37,146 bases of DNA. It comes from a virus (lineage: Duplodnaviria; Heunggongvirae; Uroviricota; Caudoviricetes). The notes beneath the pieces are model-generated. The model searched no databases. It was not told where the DNA came from and saw nothing but the letters and a program-made list of their open reading frames with translations. Below are positions 9,334 through 18,968 of this stretch, one piece after another. The position numbers and the translations under genes were made by a program. The stretch lies in the IMG/VR virus record IMGVR_UViG_2684622543_000013. One strand, 5' to 3'. Position 1 is the first letter of the stretch. Every line of letters begins with the position of its first letter.

Positions 9334-11879
9334 CAGCTGTAACTCCTCCGTTGCTGCCGGGCTGTCAGCCGCTCCAGCATTTTCTCCAGTTCGTGCAGAC
9401 TCAGATTCAGCGCACTGGTGATCCCTCCGGATGCCGTAGTCTCTTTACCATTGAGGTAAATCTGCGGACTGAAGACAACCTGAATACCGGAGGAATCGCT
9501 GCCACGACCGGCACCGCGTCCGGTATAACCGGCTGCCATAATTTCCGGAGAGGGAATATACGGAACGTCGGGGATCATCTCCTCTGCCAGCTGCTTACCG
9601 GCATTTGCGGCAAGGGGGGTTGTCCGGTTCAGACCGATAGCGGCACCCTGGGCAATATTGTCACCGAAGCCCATAAACACACGGCTCGGGGAATTAATAC
9701 CCAGGGTTTCTTTGAACCAGGAAGATATAGAACTGCCGAAACTGACAATTGTTTCTTTTGCTGCTGTCAGCTTGTTACCGATACCGTCAACCAGACCGGT
9801 AATCAGATTGCCGCCGAATTCTGTAAAGCTTTTCGGCATATCGATACCAAACCACGACATTACACCGGCGAAGGCTTTATGGAACAGTCCCAGCGGCGAC
9901 CAGTCCACGATGAGCTTACCGACCCCCTCGATGCCACCGTTAAACGCCGTTTTAATTTCTGTCCATATGCCGGAAAACCAGCCGGTGACGCCACTCCAGA
10001 CGGATACAATACTGCTCCATGCTTTACTGAAGGCGTTGGTGACCTGTGCCCATAACCGTTTAAAGAAAGCGGATACCGGCCCCCAGTAGCGGTAAAGCAG
10101 ATAAGCTGCAGCCGCAATTCCGGCAACGATCAGACCGATGGGGTTCATCAGCAGCGCACGCCCGATCCAAAGTACAGCCCGTCCGGCGAGATTAAGCCCG
10201 CGAAGTAATCCTCCGGCCAGCACTTTGCCGAGACTTCCGGCACTTTTTGCGACAGAACCAAAACCGGTTGCCAGCCAGCGAAGCTTACCGCCTTCCCCGA
10301 ATGCAAGTGTCAGACGAAGCCAGTTTGCCCGCAGAAGAGTAATATTCTTCCAGACATTCACGAAGGGTGATAACAGTAGGTTCAGTCCGAGCTTAAGTCC
10401 GATGGTCGCTATTTTAAAAGCCAGTAAAGCACTAACCACTTTTACCGCACCGCTAACCAGTTGTGGATTGGCGGCAATCCATTTACCGGCACTGTCCAGT
10501 AAAGGCATGAATGTCTCTCCCAGCTGAATTAGCGCCGGACGTAATGACTCCCCAATACTGATCGCACTATCATTGAATCCTATTTGAACTTTCCGCCACC
10601 GGGCCTCAAGAGTGTCGTTCTGCTTATCGAAATCTGTGCTAATTGAGTTCTGGGCTTTAGAGCCATTCATATCCTGCTTAATTTTTTGATAGTCACCCCA
10701 GCGCTGGCGCATTGCTAACAAGTGGTTGACTGTTTGGACATCTGTAAATATTGAAGAAAGACCAAATGATTCCATCAAAGTTTGCTGTGCTTCGCGATCA
10801 CCTTTTGCTCCAGCTTTTTCCCACTGAGAAAGGAACTCTTTACCTTTATTCTTGATAAAGCGATCCGCTATAAGAATGGAGGCTTCATATTGCGACGTTC
10901 CCGCAGCAACGTAATCGCTCATTGATGTTTGGTAGTCCACACCAGCATCAGCGTAACGTTTGGCTATATCACCACGTCCCATTGAGGCTAACCAGTTACG
11001 CATATTGGTAGCGGCTTCACTTTCATTCCCTGCACCTTCACGCCCAACCTCAAGACTTGCGATAATCTCTGATACAGCATTTTGCCCATAGATACCTTTT
11101 CCTGCGAATTGCTGGGCCATTTCAGGTAAGTATTGAGCCATATCTTTTAATTCGAATCGACCTGCTTTACCGCCAAATACAGCACGGTTAAAAGCCTCTT
11201 CCAACTCACGGTTATCAGTAATACGCAGTGACTCAAATGCAAGGCTCATTTTTGCCAAATCATTAATATTGGCTCCTGAAGCTGTTGCTGTTTTACCTAA
11301 CAGTCCGCTTTTCTCGGCGGCTTTTAATGGTTCCTGACCGGCGGCAACAAGGGTGCCGATCCCTTCCATCAAAGTTTCCTGATATTGGTTAGTCTCCAAC
11401 GCTTTTTTACGAATAATAGTGCCGATTTGATTTTCTTGTGATTTGGTTAAGTCACCGGTTACACCAATATCTCTGAGTTGAGACTCAAAGGATGCATACT
11501 GAGTAATAGATTTGAGTACTGGAGTGCCTAGCGTTCTGGCGACAGCATAGGTCTCTGCCCCCTGGCCATAGAGTGCCATGCGGTTGGATTTCAGTGCATC
11601 ACTGGTGGCCGATGCCGCTGACAGACGGCGCTGCTGACGCTCAATCTGCTCCATAGTGCGGCCCACACGCAGCAGCTCACGGTTCAGTTGTTGCATTCTG
11701 CTGCCACCCAGCTGACCATAGCGTTCCGTTGCGCGGGTTAAGGCGTTCTGCCGTTCCTGCAGGCGGCGGGATGTATCACCCAGAGAGTCAAGGGCACGCC
11801 GGGTACCACTGACGGCAGAACGAAAACTGCTGCCGATAAGTCCGCCGATGACCACACCGATTGAAAAATTACTGGCCAC
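9333..11879 (-). CDS. Tail tape measure protein
   Basis: 848-aa ORF, alpha-helical and Ala/Gly rich with a hydrophobic central segment; located after the tail chaperone frameshift pair. Confidence 0.9.
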   Translation of the reverse strand: MASNFSIGVVIGGLIGSSFRSAVSGTRRALDSLGDTSRRLQERQNALTRATERYGQLGGSRMQQLNRELLRVGRTMEQIERQQRRLSAASATSDALKSNRMALYGQGAETYAVARTLGTPVLKSITQYASFESQLRDIGVTGDLTKSQENQIGTIIRKKALETNQYQETLMEGIGTLVAAGQEPLKAAEKSGLLGKTATASGANINDLAKMSLAFESLRITDNRELEEAFNRAVFGGKAGRFELKDMAQYLPEMAQQFAGKGIYGQNAVSEIIASLEVGREGAGNESEAATNMRNWLASMGRGDIAKRYADAGVDYQTSMSDYVAAGTSQYEASILIADRFIKNKGKEFLSQWEKAGAKGDREAQQTLMESFGLSSIFTDVQTVNHLLAMRQRWGDYQKIKQDMNGSKAQNSISTDFDKQNDTLEARWRKVQIGFNDSAISIGESLRPALIQLGETFMPLLDSAGKWIAANPQLVSGAVKVVSALLAFKIATIGLKLGLNLLLSPFVNVWKNITLLRANWLRLTLAFGEGGKLRWLATGFGSVAKSAGSLGKVLAGGLLRGLNLAGRAVLWIGRALLMNPIGLIVAGIAAAAYLLYRYWGPVSAFFKRLWAQVTNAFSKAWSSIVSVWSGVTGWFSGIWTEIKTAFNGGIEGVGKLIVDWSPLGLFHKAFAGVMSWFGIDMPKSFTEFGGNLITGLVDGIGNKLTAAKETIVSFGSSISSWFKETLGINSPSRVFMGFGDNIAQGAAIGLNRTTPLAANAGKQLAEEMIPDVPYIPSPEIMAAGYTGRGAGRGSDSSGIQVVFSPQIYLNGKETTASGGITSALNLSLHELEKMLERLTARQQRRSYS

Positions 11880-11963
11880 TGTGAGCCCTCTGATTACGTA
11901 ATAAAGGAAAATAAAGGAGGAAAAGGTCTCAGGTAAAACAGCCGCCTGATGCGGCTGTCCGGG

Positions 11964-12221
11964 TTATGTTTTGTTGCCGTACTCGCTTTTGATTTGCTCT
12001 TCCGCCTGTTCCAGCCACATTTCCAGATCATCAGTATCGAGGGAATCAATCTCCCCCGGCTGAAACCTGAACCACCTCGCCAGCAGCCCCTGCGCCTGTT
12101 TCAGTGCTTTCGGTGCTCTTGCCCAGCCCAGTGACCTGCTGAAATCGTTTCTGCAGCTCCATGTAATCAGCAAGATCCATCTTATCGAGGTCTTCCGGCA
12201 GCATGCCGGTACTGCGGGCAA
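11964..12221 (-). CDS. Frameshift extension of the tail assembly chaperone (second frame, offset one nucleotide downstream of the chaperone frame)
   Basis: Open frame overlapping the 3' half of the chaperone gene and ending just upstream of the tape measure gene; conserved arrangement in tailed phages; slip site not identified. Confidence 0.5.
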   Translation of the reverse strand: MPAVPACCRKTSIRWILLITWSCRNDFSRSLGWARAPKALKQAQGLLARWFRFQPGEIDSLDTDDLEMWLEQAEEQIKSEYGNKT

Positions 12222-12381
12222 TCAGTGGTTCATCCCAGTCAGCGGGGTCTTTACTGGTTTTACGTGCCTGCTTCAGGTCTTTGACCGTCAGGCGTTTTAG
12301 TTCAACCAGCTCAACTCTGGTGCCAGCAGCTGTGGTGAAGGGGTAAGACAGCTTAAAAGTATCGGATTTGGTCTGTGACAT
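12046..12381 (-). CDS. Tail assembly chaperone (short form)
   Basis: 111-aa ORF between tail tube and tape measure with AGGAG ribosome-binding site upstream of ATG at 12381; overlapped by a second frame (11964-12221) typical of programmed-frameshift chaperone pairs. Confidence 0.7.
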   Translation of the reverse strand: MSQTKSDTFKLSYPFTTAAGTRVELVELKRLTVKDLKQARKTSKDPADWDEPLIARSTGMLPEDLDKMDLADYMELQKRFQQVTGLGKSTESTETGAGAAGEVVQVSAGGD

Positions 12382-12458
12382 GATCGTGCTCCTGTGTAAG
12401 TTCAGAGCAGTATGTCCGGAGGTGAGGCTGACAGATATTAAAGGGGATTAAGAAGAAA

Positions 12459-12472
12459 GGGGCCGGAGCCCC
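12459..12472 (-). terminator. Candidate intrinsic terminator or attenuator hairpin (GGGGC-cgga-GCCCC) followed by a T-rich run on the minus strand
   Basis: Perfect 5-bp GC stem; downstream minus-strand sequence TTTCTTCTTAAT; lies after the tail tube gene and the following small ORF. Confidence 0.5.
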
Positions 12473-12479
12473 TGTGATA

Positions 12480-12761
12480 TCAGTGAGTGCGAAAACCCTT
12501 GCAGTGGCGCAGAAAAGTAATGAGGAGAACTTTGCCTTCGTCTTTACGGATGCCGCTGAACCAGTGGTCAGGAGGCTCCCATGCCTCAATCAGGTCAGCC
12601 AGCTTCCGGGCTTTGGAGCGGGTACAGTCAATTGGGTCATTAGTTTTCCGGGTATTAAAGAGATTTCCGACTCCCGGAATATCCAGAATAGTGAACCAGG
12701 TACTATTGCTCATACCGATACCGCTGCACTTTCCGCCTTTATCTTCAATCGCAACAGTCAC
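12480..12761 (-). CDS. Hypothetical protein between tail tube and tail chaperone
   Basis: 93-aa ORF co-oriented with the late operon; no recognisable motif. Confidence 0.4.
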   Translation of the reverse strand: MTVAIEDKGGKCSGIGMSNSTWFTILDIPGVGNLFNTRKTNDPIDCTRSKARKLADLIEAWEPPDHWFSGIRKDEGKVLLITFLRHCKGFRTH

Positions 12762-12763
12762 CG

Positions 12764-13285
12764 TCAGCCCCCGATGTTGATACGGTAGTCAGTCAGCTGG
12801 TCAACACCACCGACGCGGAAGATATTGGCCAGGTAATCCAGCTCCAGCAGCTCTTCACCATCCAGTACCTGCTTGATGTACGTGCAGGTGAAGCTGCTGG
12901 AGAACTCGGCGTTCTCGTGCTGTTTGAACGTCCCCAGCGGGTTCTTCTTGAACATGATCGTCAGGAAGGTGACCAGTGGGATTTCGTCAATCAGCCCCTG
13001 CGAACTGTAGCGCTGGACGCTGGAACGGCACTGCAGCGCCAGCGACTTATACGGGTTCGCGGCAGACAGCATCGCGTCTCGGTAAAAACTGTTCCACTTG
13101 ATCTCGCCCTCCAGCTTGTCGAAGCCTGCCGGGAGTTCCACCTTGCCCACCATCCCCAGCGCTTTGTGCTCCTGCATGGTCATGGACACATCAGGAAGCT
13201 TGACCTCCTCGGCCCGGCCCAGCAGGTTGGCACCATCCAGGTAGATATTGGCATTCGTGATGCGGTTGATTTCGATCTTTGCCAT
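12764..13285 (-). CDS. Tail tube protein (Mu M-like)
   Basis: 173-aa ORF immediately downstream of the sheath gene; size and position typical of contractile-tail tube proteins. Confidence 0.8.
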   Translation of the reverse strand: MAKIEINRITNANIYLDGANLLGRAEEVKLPDVSMTMQEHKALGMVGKVELPAGFDKLEGEIKWNSFYRDAMLSAANPYKSLALQCRSSVQRYSSQGLIDEIPLVTFLTIMFKKNPLGTFKQHENAEFSSSFTCTYIKQVLDGEELLELDYLANIFRVGGVDQLTDYRINIGG

Positions 13286-14712
13286 CAGCTGTTTCCTTTC
13301 AGGGTTAACAGGTATTCCGAGGTGATCTCGGTCTCAAACGTCAGTCGCTCCAGCGGTGGCGGCGGCGTGTATTTATAGCTGAGCAGCAGGTGTCCTGCGG
13401 CCAGCTCCGTCTCTTCGTTTCGGGCAGGATCAAACCAGCAGCGGAAGCCCAGCAGCGCACCGTCACCAATCATCTTGCGACCGTAGGCGTTGACCGACTC
13501 CGTCAGCGCATCAATCACCGCCTGGGTAATCGGCATGTCGATGTACTGCTGGCTGAAGTAGCGCAGGGACTCGTTGATCACATCACCGGTACGGCGGACG
13601 TTCTCAAAGTTGCGCATATGCGTCACCGCTGGCCATGCTGCTGTCCGGTTGCCCCACAGACGCAGGCCGCTGCCGTAGCTGCTGAAGACCGTGGTGATAC
13701 CCTGTTCGTTGAGCAGGTTCACCTCGCTCTGCGGGTCGTCAATCATGGCCGACAGCTGTCGCTCTACGCCGGTAATGCCCAGAATCTCCTGATTGGAGGA
13801 CGACCACCAGTAGCCTTTGTCCAGGTCGACTTTGGCACGCAAACCTGCAGCACGCTGGCTCAGCGGCTCCAGTCGCTCACTGTTGGTGACCGCGTCGTAC
13901 ACCTTGACGTGCGGATAGCACAGGCGGACACGGTCTGAGCTGGTGTTAAAGTTAATGGTACCTTCCGGGCCACGCCCCGACAGAGCCTGCGCAAAGGTGG
14001 TTCCGACCGGCGCATCGATGTAGGTCACCGCACCCAGCTTTTCAGCCATGGCGATAAGCTCAACCGAGACGCTGTTCTGGGTACAAAATACCGGAGCGAT
14101 CAGGATTTTGGCGAAGTAGCCGAAGAGGTTGAAGCTGTCGGTAAGCAGCTTCATCCCGGTACGATTACCTGCAGCGTTGACTGCCCCGATGATATCAGCC
14201 GGGGTGACTTTGGTCGGGTCAGCATAGTTATAGCTGGCCTTCACTGTTGCATCTGCAGCAATGCTCTTACCAAGGTTAGTTATGACCCCGGTTTGCGCAT
14301 CAAGCGAGTAGTCCCGGCCTTCTACGTAAGGCTGGCCATCGCTGTCCGGTTTAAGCACCAGCTGTGCGACCACCGGGTTAGCCAGTTGCGCCTTGCCCGT
14401 AGCCTTGTCGAACGCCACATCCTCATCGGCCACAGCGGTTTTATGCACCGCCGGGTCAAGAACGTTAATGACCAGAACAGTACCGGTTCCGTGGTCGTAA
14501 ATCGCATCCAGTGCCTGCGGAATGGTAAAGCCGGTGAGCTGGCTGCCGAATGCTGCTGCATCTTTCTCAGACAGGCACTGCACCAGCGTATTGACGCTCC
14601 CCGCCGGGGCGGTACCAATCAGGCCGATGACGGCAGACTTCACCGTTTTTACCGGGCGGGCACCGTTTTCCACCTCAATGGTTTCGACGCCATGCAGATA
14701 GTTAGCTGCCAT
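13285..14712 (-). CDS. Tail sheath protein (Mu L-like)
   Basis: 475-aa ORF; N-terminus MAANYLHGVETIEVENG... and overall pattern typical of contractile tail sheath proteins. Confidence 0.85.
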   Translation of the reverse strand: MAANYLHGVETIEVENGARPVKTVKSAVIGLIGTAPAGSVNTLVQCLSEKDAAAFGSQLTGFTIPQALDAIYDHGTGTVLVINVLDPAVHKTAVADEDVAFDKATGKAQLANPVVAQLVLKPDSDGQPYVEGRDYSLDAQTGVITNLGKSIAADATVKASYNYADPTKVTPADIIGAVNAAGNRTGMKLLTDSFNLFGYFAKILIAPVFCTQNSVSVELIAMAEKLGAVTYIDAPVGTTFAQALSGRGPEGTINFNTSSDRVRLCYPHVKVYDAVTNSERLEPLSQRAAGLRAKVDLDKGYWWSSSNQEILGITGVERQLSAMIDDPQSEVNLLNEQGITTVFSSYGSGLRLWGNRTAAWPAVTHMRNFENVRRTGDVINESLRYFSQQYIDMPITQAVIDALTESVNAYGRKMIGDGALLGFRCWFDPARNEETELAAGHLLLSYKYTPPPPLERLTFETEITSEYLLTLKGNS

Positions 14713-14956
14713 GGGAGTCCTCCGTTTTCACATCGTTGTCGCCGCCGTTCCTGCGCTTTGGTGACTGCACAGCCGGTGTTCCGGCGGGTTTAGTCTCTTC
14801 AGATACCGGCGTCAGATGCTTCAGCGCCACCAGTACCTTCACATAGTCATGTCCCTCCGGCAGGGAAACATTCTTCCCCGTCCAGAGCAGGATTTCAGTT
14901 CCGTCCGACAGCGTGACGCCGCTGGCCGGGCCGGAATAGCGGTATTCTTTCATCAC
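14702..14956 (-). CDS. Hypothetical small protein upstream of the tail sheath gene
   Basis: 84-aa ORF in operon register; no recognisable motif. Confidence 0.4.
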   Translation of the reverse strand: MMKEYRYSGPASGVTLSDGTEILLWTGKNVSLPEGHDYVKVLVALKHLTPVSEETKPAGTPAVQSPKRRNGGDNDVKTEDSHGS

Positions 14957-15417
14957 TCGCGTTCCTCATAGTTCACTTCGGTTAACAACGGGCCGGACGG
15001 TAAATCGCTGTCTTCGATAAATACGCTTTCGGTTGCGAAGTCGAGAGCGTACTGCCACAGCCCCCTGACCTCACCGATAAACACTTCACGGGTCAGCCAG
15101 ATACGACGGCGGCAGTTCGGCGGGGTGTAGCCACCGAGGATGTGGCGGACTGCATCCAGAACGTCAATCGCCCCTCTTTTACCGTTGAGCTGACGGAAGA
15201 CAACCGTGACACATAACTGGATAGTCTGAGGCTGGATCACCGCACCAATATCATCGGGTTTGTCGAAGCGCGAACCGGCATAACTCAGCAGCAACGCCCC
15301 GACAGGATGATTCAGACGGTATTCAGCCGGTTTCTCCGGGAAATACTCCACCTGCAGCTGCGGCAGCTTCTCGCGTAACCGGGCCAGTACCGCATCAAGG
15401 ACGGGCAGAACGTTCAT
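14953..15417 (-). CDS. Head-tail connector / tail completion protein (Mu gp37-like)
   Basis: 154-aa ORF; synteny between head and tail sheath genes. Confidence 0.55.
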   Translation of the reverse strand: MNVLPVLDAVLARLREKLPQLQVEYFPEKPAEYRLNHPVGALLLSYAGSRFDKPDDIGAVIQPQTIQLCVTVVFRQLNGKRGAIDVLDAVRHILGGYTPPNCRRRIWLTREVFIGEVRGLWQYALDFATESVFIEDSDLPSGPLLTEVNYEERE

Positions 15418-15863
15418 CAGTATTTCTCCAGTAAGCCGTCGCGCCCGCCAAAGGTGGGGCGGCGTGCCCGTGCCCGGATTTCACCGGACTCAGGTACGTC
15501 TTTTTGAGTGGACTGCAGCCCCAGCGTCAGTTTCCCGTCGCGGATGGCCTCAAGCTGACGCCGGGCCTCTTTGTGGTCATCCTTCACCGTGTCCGGGACT
15601 GCGCCTTCCGGGCGGCGGGTGTAGAGCCGGTAACGCACCAACGTGATGGCAATGTCCCGCAGAACGGTCGGTATCTCCGCCAGCGGCAGGGTATAGCGCC
15701 CGCGCAGATGGGCATCAATCAGCTCACCGGCATAGCGGATACAGCTGTCCGCCACCTCTGTCTTCACCGTCGCAGGCGAGTCGAAATCCAGCTCCTCGTT
15801 AGTGAGCTGGATAAGCGTCCGCTCCGGCACCTGCTCAAGCAAATCCGCCAAGGTGCAGTACAT
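15417..15863 (-). CDS. Mu gp36-like protein (DUF1320-type head-tail joining protein); start taken at internal ATG 15863
   Basis: Translation MYCTLADLLEQVPERTLIQLTNEE...; the longer ORF to 16043 overlaps the upstream gene and is rejected. Confidence 0.6.
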   Translation of the reverse strand: MYCTLADLLEQVPERTLIQLTNEELDFDSPATVKTEVADSCIRYAGELIDAHLRGRYTLPLAEIPTVLRDIAITLVRYRLYTRRPEGAVPDTVKDDHKEARRQLEAIRDGKLTLGLQSTQKDVPESGEIRARARRPTFGGRDGLLEKY

Positions 15864-15864
15864 G

Positions 15865-16221
15865 TCACACCCCGCGCAAGATGCGGATAACATCACCTTC
15901 CGCCAGTGCTTCATCCAGTGCAATACCGGCTGAAATACCTGCCGGGGTGTCGCCTGATGCGGCAGTCTGCGGAACCGCACAGGCATTTGCATCGGACTGG
16001 ATGCGCTGCCCCCGGGTAATCGCGGCACCCGCCTCAACGGCAATAATGCCCAGAACGCTGACCGGCGTTAAATCACCGGCAGCGGCATCCACCTCAGCCA
16101 CGCCGAGCACGACGGCTCCGGCCTGACAGGGCGCGTTATCGGCACCGACAAAGCGCTGTTGCATCAGCGCCGCGCTGGCCGTCACGGTAGTGGTCAGAAT
16201 GACCTGCTGAGTTGTACCCAT
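15865..16221 (-). CDS. Putative capsid-associated structural protein (Ala/Gly-rich, DUF2190-like)
   Basis: 118-aa ORF directly downstream of the major capsid gene. Confidence 0.5.
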   Translation of the reverse strand: MGTTQQVILTTTVTASAALMQQRFVGADNAPCQAGAVVLGVAEVDAAAGDLTPVSVLGIIAVEAGAAITRGQRIQSDANACAVPQTAASGDTPAGISAGIALDEALAEGDVIRILRGV

Positions 16222-16231
16222 GACCGTCTCC

Positions 16232-17185
16232 TTATTTCACGATGTTGGTGACGAGATACCCGGCATCGCCACCGACCACGGCGACTTTGTAGATATCGGT
16301 ATAACGGCAGTACTTCACCTTGCCGCCCACGCCGTCATATTTGTCCGCCACCGGCATCCCTTTCCGGCGCAGGGTGTAACCGAATGACGGCTCATTTTCG
16401 TCGGCGCTGTCGGTGCCGGGCTGGGGTTTTCCAACGTAATGCAGCATCAGGTTATCGCCCCAGATATCGGTCGGGAATTTGTCCTTGTTCTGCGCGTCTT
16501 TCATGGAGGTCATGGAGACCGGCTCGCCGACCACCACATCTTCCAGCTGGAAAAGGTCTTTCAGAATTTCGATGGTGATACGCTTGCGCTCGTTAGCACC
16601 AATCGCTGCCTGAATCGCCGGGTGGAACTTCAGCAGCGACATGACGCTGGCCCCCATGGTCATCAGGTTCGGACGCAGACCGGTTGCATTACGCACCGCT
16701 TCGATCCCGCCTTCAATGATGCCAATCGGATCACCCTTGCCACCGCCCCAGCGGTCAGCCGCAGCCAGCGCTTTGACGTTAGCTGAGCGATAGACGTTTT
16801 TGTCCTGGGCCAGACGGGCCGCATAGAGTTCGCGCTTGAGGTTGACGCCGCTCGTCACACGGCGAATGGCCTTGGCCTCTTCGTTGAACATCGACTCAGC
16901 CTGCTCGCGGTAGTCCACCGGTGCGGCCAGATCGTGCTCGTTGAGAACCAGATCCAGTTTGCCGGTTTTCTCGCGCACCAGAACGTTACTGTCAGCCCCT
17001 ACGGCACGCTCGGTGTCGTACTCCACAAAAGCCGATTTACCGAAGGTCGGCACGGTCACACCTTCTTTATCGGTCAGAACGACGGGGAAAATACGTTCGC
17101 CGATGAGCGCGGCATTTTTATAACCGCGTGCGATGCTGGTCAGCACCGGGTCAACGACGCGCTTACCCTTTAAATAATCAGACAT
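16232..17185 (-). CDS. Major capsid protein (Mu T-like)
   Basis: 317-aa ORF; translation MSDYLKGKRVVDPVLTSIARGYKNAALIGERIFPVV... matches the Mu-type major head subunit pattern; follows the protease/scaffold gene. Confidence 0.85.
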   Translation of the reverse strand: MSDYLKGKRVVDPVLTSIARGYKNAALIGERIFPVVLTDKEGVTVPTFGKSAFVEYDTERAVGADSNVLVREKTGKLDLVLNEHDLAAPVDYREQAESMFNEEAKAIRRVTSGVNLKRELYAARLAQDKNVYRSANVKALAAADRWGGGKGDPIGIIEGGIEAVRNATGLRPNLMTMGASVMSLLKFHPAIQAAIGANERKRITIEILKDLFQLEDVVVGEPVSMTSMKDAQNKDKFPTDIWGDNLMLHYVGKPQPGTDSADENEPSFGYTLRRKGMPVADKYDGVGGKVKYCRYTDIYKVAVVGGDAGYLVTNIVK

Positions 17186-17198
17186 GCTCTCTCCTTAA

Positions 17199-18296
17199 TC
17201 ACAGGCAGCGTGAGACAGCAGCGTCATAGCTGATGCCTTCTTTTTTAGACAGTTCCAGCGCTTTCTGATGCAGCGCCAGACGTTCCGGATCAGCCTCAGC
17301 AAACTCCGCTGAAGTCGTTCCGGTATCCGTGCTCACACGGTCTTTGGTCGCGTGCTCACTGAAGCTCAGTACCGGTTCAGTGCTGTCCAGCAGCGTCTTA
17401 AACGCCGTGGCCAGCGGGGTACGGGTGTCGCCCTCGGCAAACTCAACCGGCTTATCGCCTGCAGAGACTGCGTCCAGGATGGCCACAACAACGGACTTCG
17501 CTTTGGGGGCCAGTCGGCCATCACCCACCAGTTTCTCGGCAAAGGCCACATTATCGGCATGTAATTTGTCCTGTTTCGCTTTGACGTCCTGCTCTGTACG
17601 TGCCGCCGCTTCAGCTTTCAGGCGTATGTTTTCAGCCTGAAGCGCTTTGATTTCTTCATCAGTCATGATGCTGTTCTCTTGTTGAGGGTTGGGATTGTGT
17701 TCACTGAATTCCGGCCCGGACTTCCCGGTGTCGCGGTAAGCCTCTTCGCGCAGGGAGTCCACTTGCCAGGAAGGAAGAACCTTGTCTGTCGCATCCAGCC
17801 CGAACTGAGCAATCAGGAAATCACGTAACCGGCCCCATAAAGACGCATTGGTGATATCCCCCCAGTCGGCAAACTCCACGACACCTTCTTCTTTCTCACC
17901 AAACGAGACCTGTTTCAGCCCCTTAACGGAAGGCGGCTGTGCCCCGAGAAAACCGACATGACGCAGGTAAAGTGTGCCGGGTTTCGGGTTGCTCGGTGAA
18001 TCCGGAAGATAAAATGAAGCAGAGACTTTTTTGAAGCGTCCGTTGCCCACCAGTTCGGCAAACTGCGGGTCGAGCTGATCAGGCTCAGCCAGCAGATCAC
18101 CGCCGTTAAGCGACAGGGATTTCACCCAGCCCCACGCCGGGTCTTCCGTTTTTGGGTGACCAATAACGAGCGGTGCTTCATGGACGGACGGGTCATAGGC
18201 TTTCACGCAGGCGGCAAGATCGCTTTGCGTGAACGGCAGTTTTGTGCCGTGCATATCGGTATGAGTACCGGCTTTGAAAATGTGAATGGCTGGCAT
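17199..18296 (-). CDS. Head maturation protease / scaffold protein (Mu I-like)
   Basis: 365-aa ORF; N-terminus MPAIHIFKAGTHTDMHGTKLPFTQSDL... typical of the Mu I family; acidic coiled-coil C-terminus. Confidence 0.8.
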   Translation of the reverse strand: MPAIHIFKAGTHTDMHGTKLPFTQSDLAACVKAYDPSVHEAPLVIGHPKTEDPAWGWVKSLSLNGGDLLAEPDQLDPQFAELVGNGRFKKVSASFYLPDSPSNPKPGTLYLRHVGFLGAQPPSVKGLKQVSFGEKEEGVVEFADWGDITNASLWGRLRDFLIAQFGLDATDKVLPSWQVDSLREEAYRDTGKSGPEFSEHNPNPQQENSIMTDEEIKALQAENIRLKAEAAARTEQDVKAKQDKLHADNVAFAEKLVGDGRLAPKAKSVVVAILDAVSAGDKPVEFAEGDTRTPLATAFKTLLDSTEPVLSFSEHATKDRVSTDTGTTSAEFAEADPERLALHQKALELSKKEGISYDAAVSRCL

Positions 18297-18507
18297 TTTG
18301 CTGTCCCGCGTTAAGTTGTCGGAGACAGTCTGCGGAAAAAGGGCAGTAAGCGCTTTTAATCTGGTTTAGAAAAAGTGAGGGGGCAGAGCGGAAAATGTCA
18401 CTGACGGATAAGCTATGGTATAAAGCGGCGGCTGTAAAGCCTTTATAAAGGTAATACAGCCCCGCAATGCCCGGCAATGATAAATCATCCGCCCTGATGG
18501 TCAGGAG

Positions 18508-18966
18508 TCAGCGACGGGCCGCAGATTCAAGATGACGCACAATCGTATCGAGGATGGGAATAACCACATCAGACTGCAGCTCACCGTCCCCCGTCAGCGG
18601 CAGGAACGGTCGGGCCGGAAGCTCAACGGACTCATTGCGCCCCGTTTTACCACCGAACTGATGAACCGGCCCGTAAACGACATTAGTGCCAACCGCTGCC
18701 TGCCTGTCGTCATGGTCTGTTGATACTGATCCCATCAGTCGTCCGGTGAGCTGCAGTGTCTGACCATCACGATCCTGTGCTGCAAGGGACGGCATCCAGC
18801 CCGGACGGCCCTCATCCAGAAAGTTAAACTGCGTTTCCGTCAGCAGGGTTCCGGCGATTTTACGCATCGCAGGCTCAAGGTCTGTGGCGGCTGAATCCAG
18901 CGCGCGCAGACTCTGGCGCAGGGACTCATCGTTAATGGTGATATTGACCAGATTATCAGAAGCCAT
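18508..18966 (-). CDS. Virion morphogenesis protein (Mu G-like)
   Basis: 152-aa ORF between the F-like and I-like genes. Confidence 0.65.
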   Translation of the reverse strand: MASDNLVNITINDESLRQSLRALDSAATDLEPAMRKIAGTLLTETQFNFLDEGRPGWMPSLAAQDRDGQTLQLTGRLMGSVSTDHDDRQAAVGTNVVYGPVHQFGGKTGRNESVELPARPFLPLTGDGELQSDVVIPILDTIVRHLESAARR

Positions 18967-18968
18967 CG

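Noticed and set aside
9351-10089. Plus-strand ORFs of 143-234 aa antisense to the tape measure gene
   Set aside because: They lie entirely inside a long, well-supported minus-strand structural gene in a GC-rich region and have no start context; treated as antisense shadow ORFs. The same applies to plus-strand ORFs at 13390-13938, 14293-14793, 19302-19823 and 21879-22391.
12353-12589. 78-aa minus-strand ORF overlapping the chaperone start and the terminator hairpin
   Set aside because: It spans the intergenic hairpin and overlaps two better-supported genes; likely spurious.
15417-16043. Long form (208 aa) of the gp36-like ORF
   Set aside because: The extension overlaps the upstream gene; the internal ATG at 15863 gives a compact operon arrangement.
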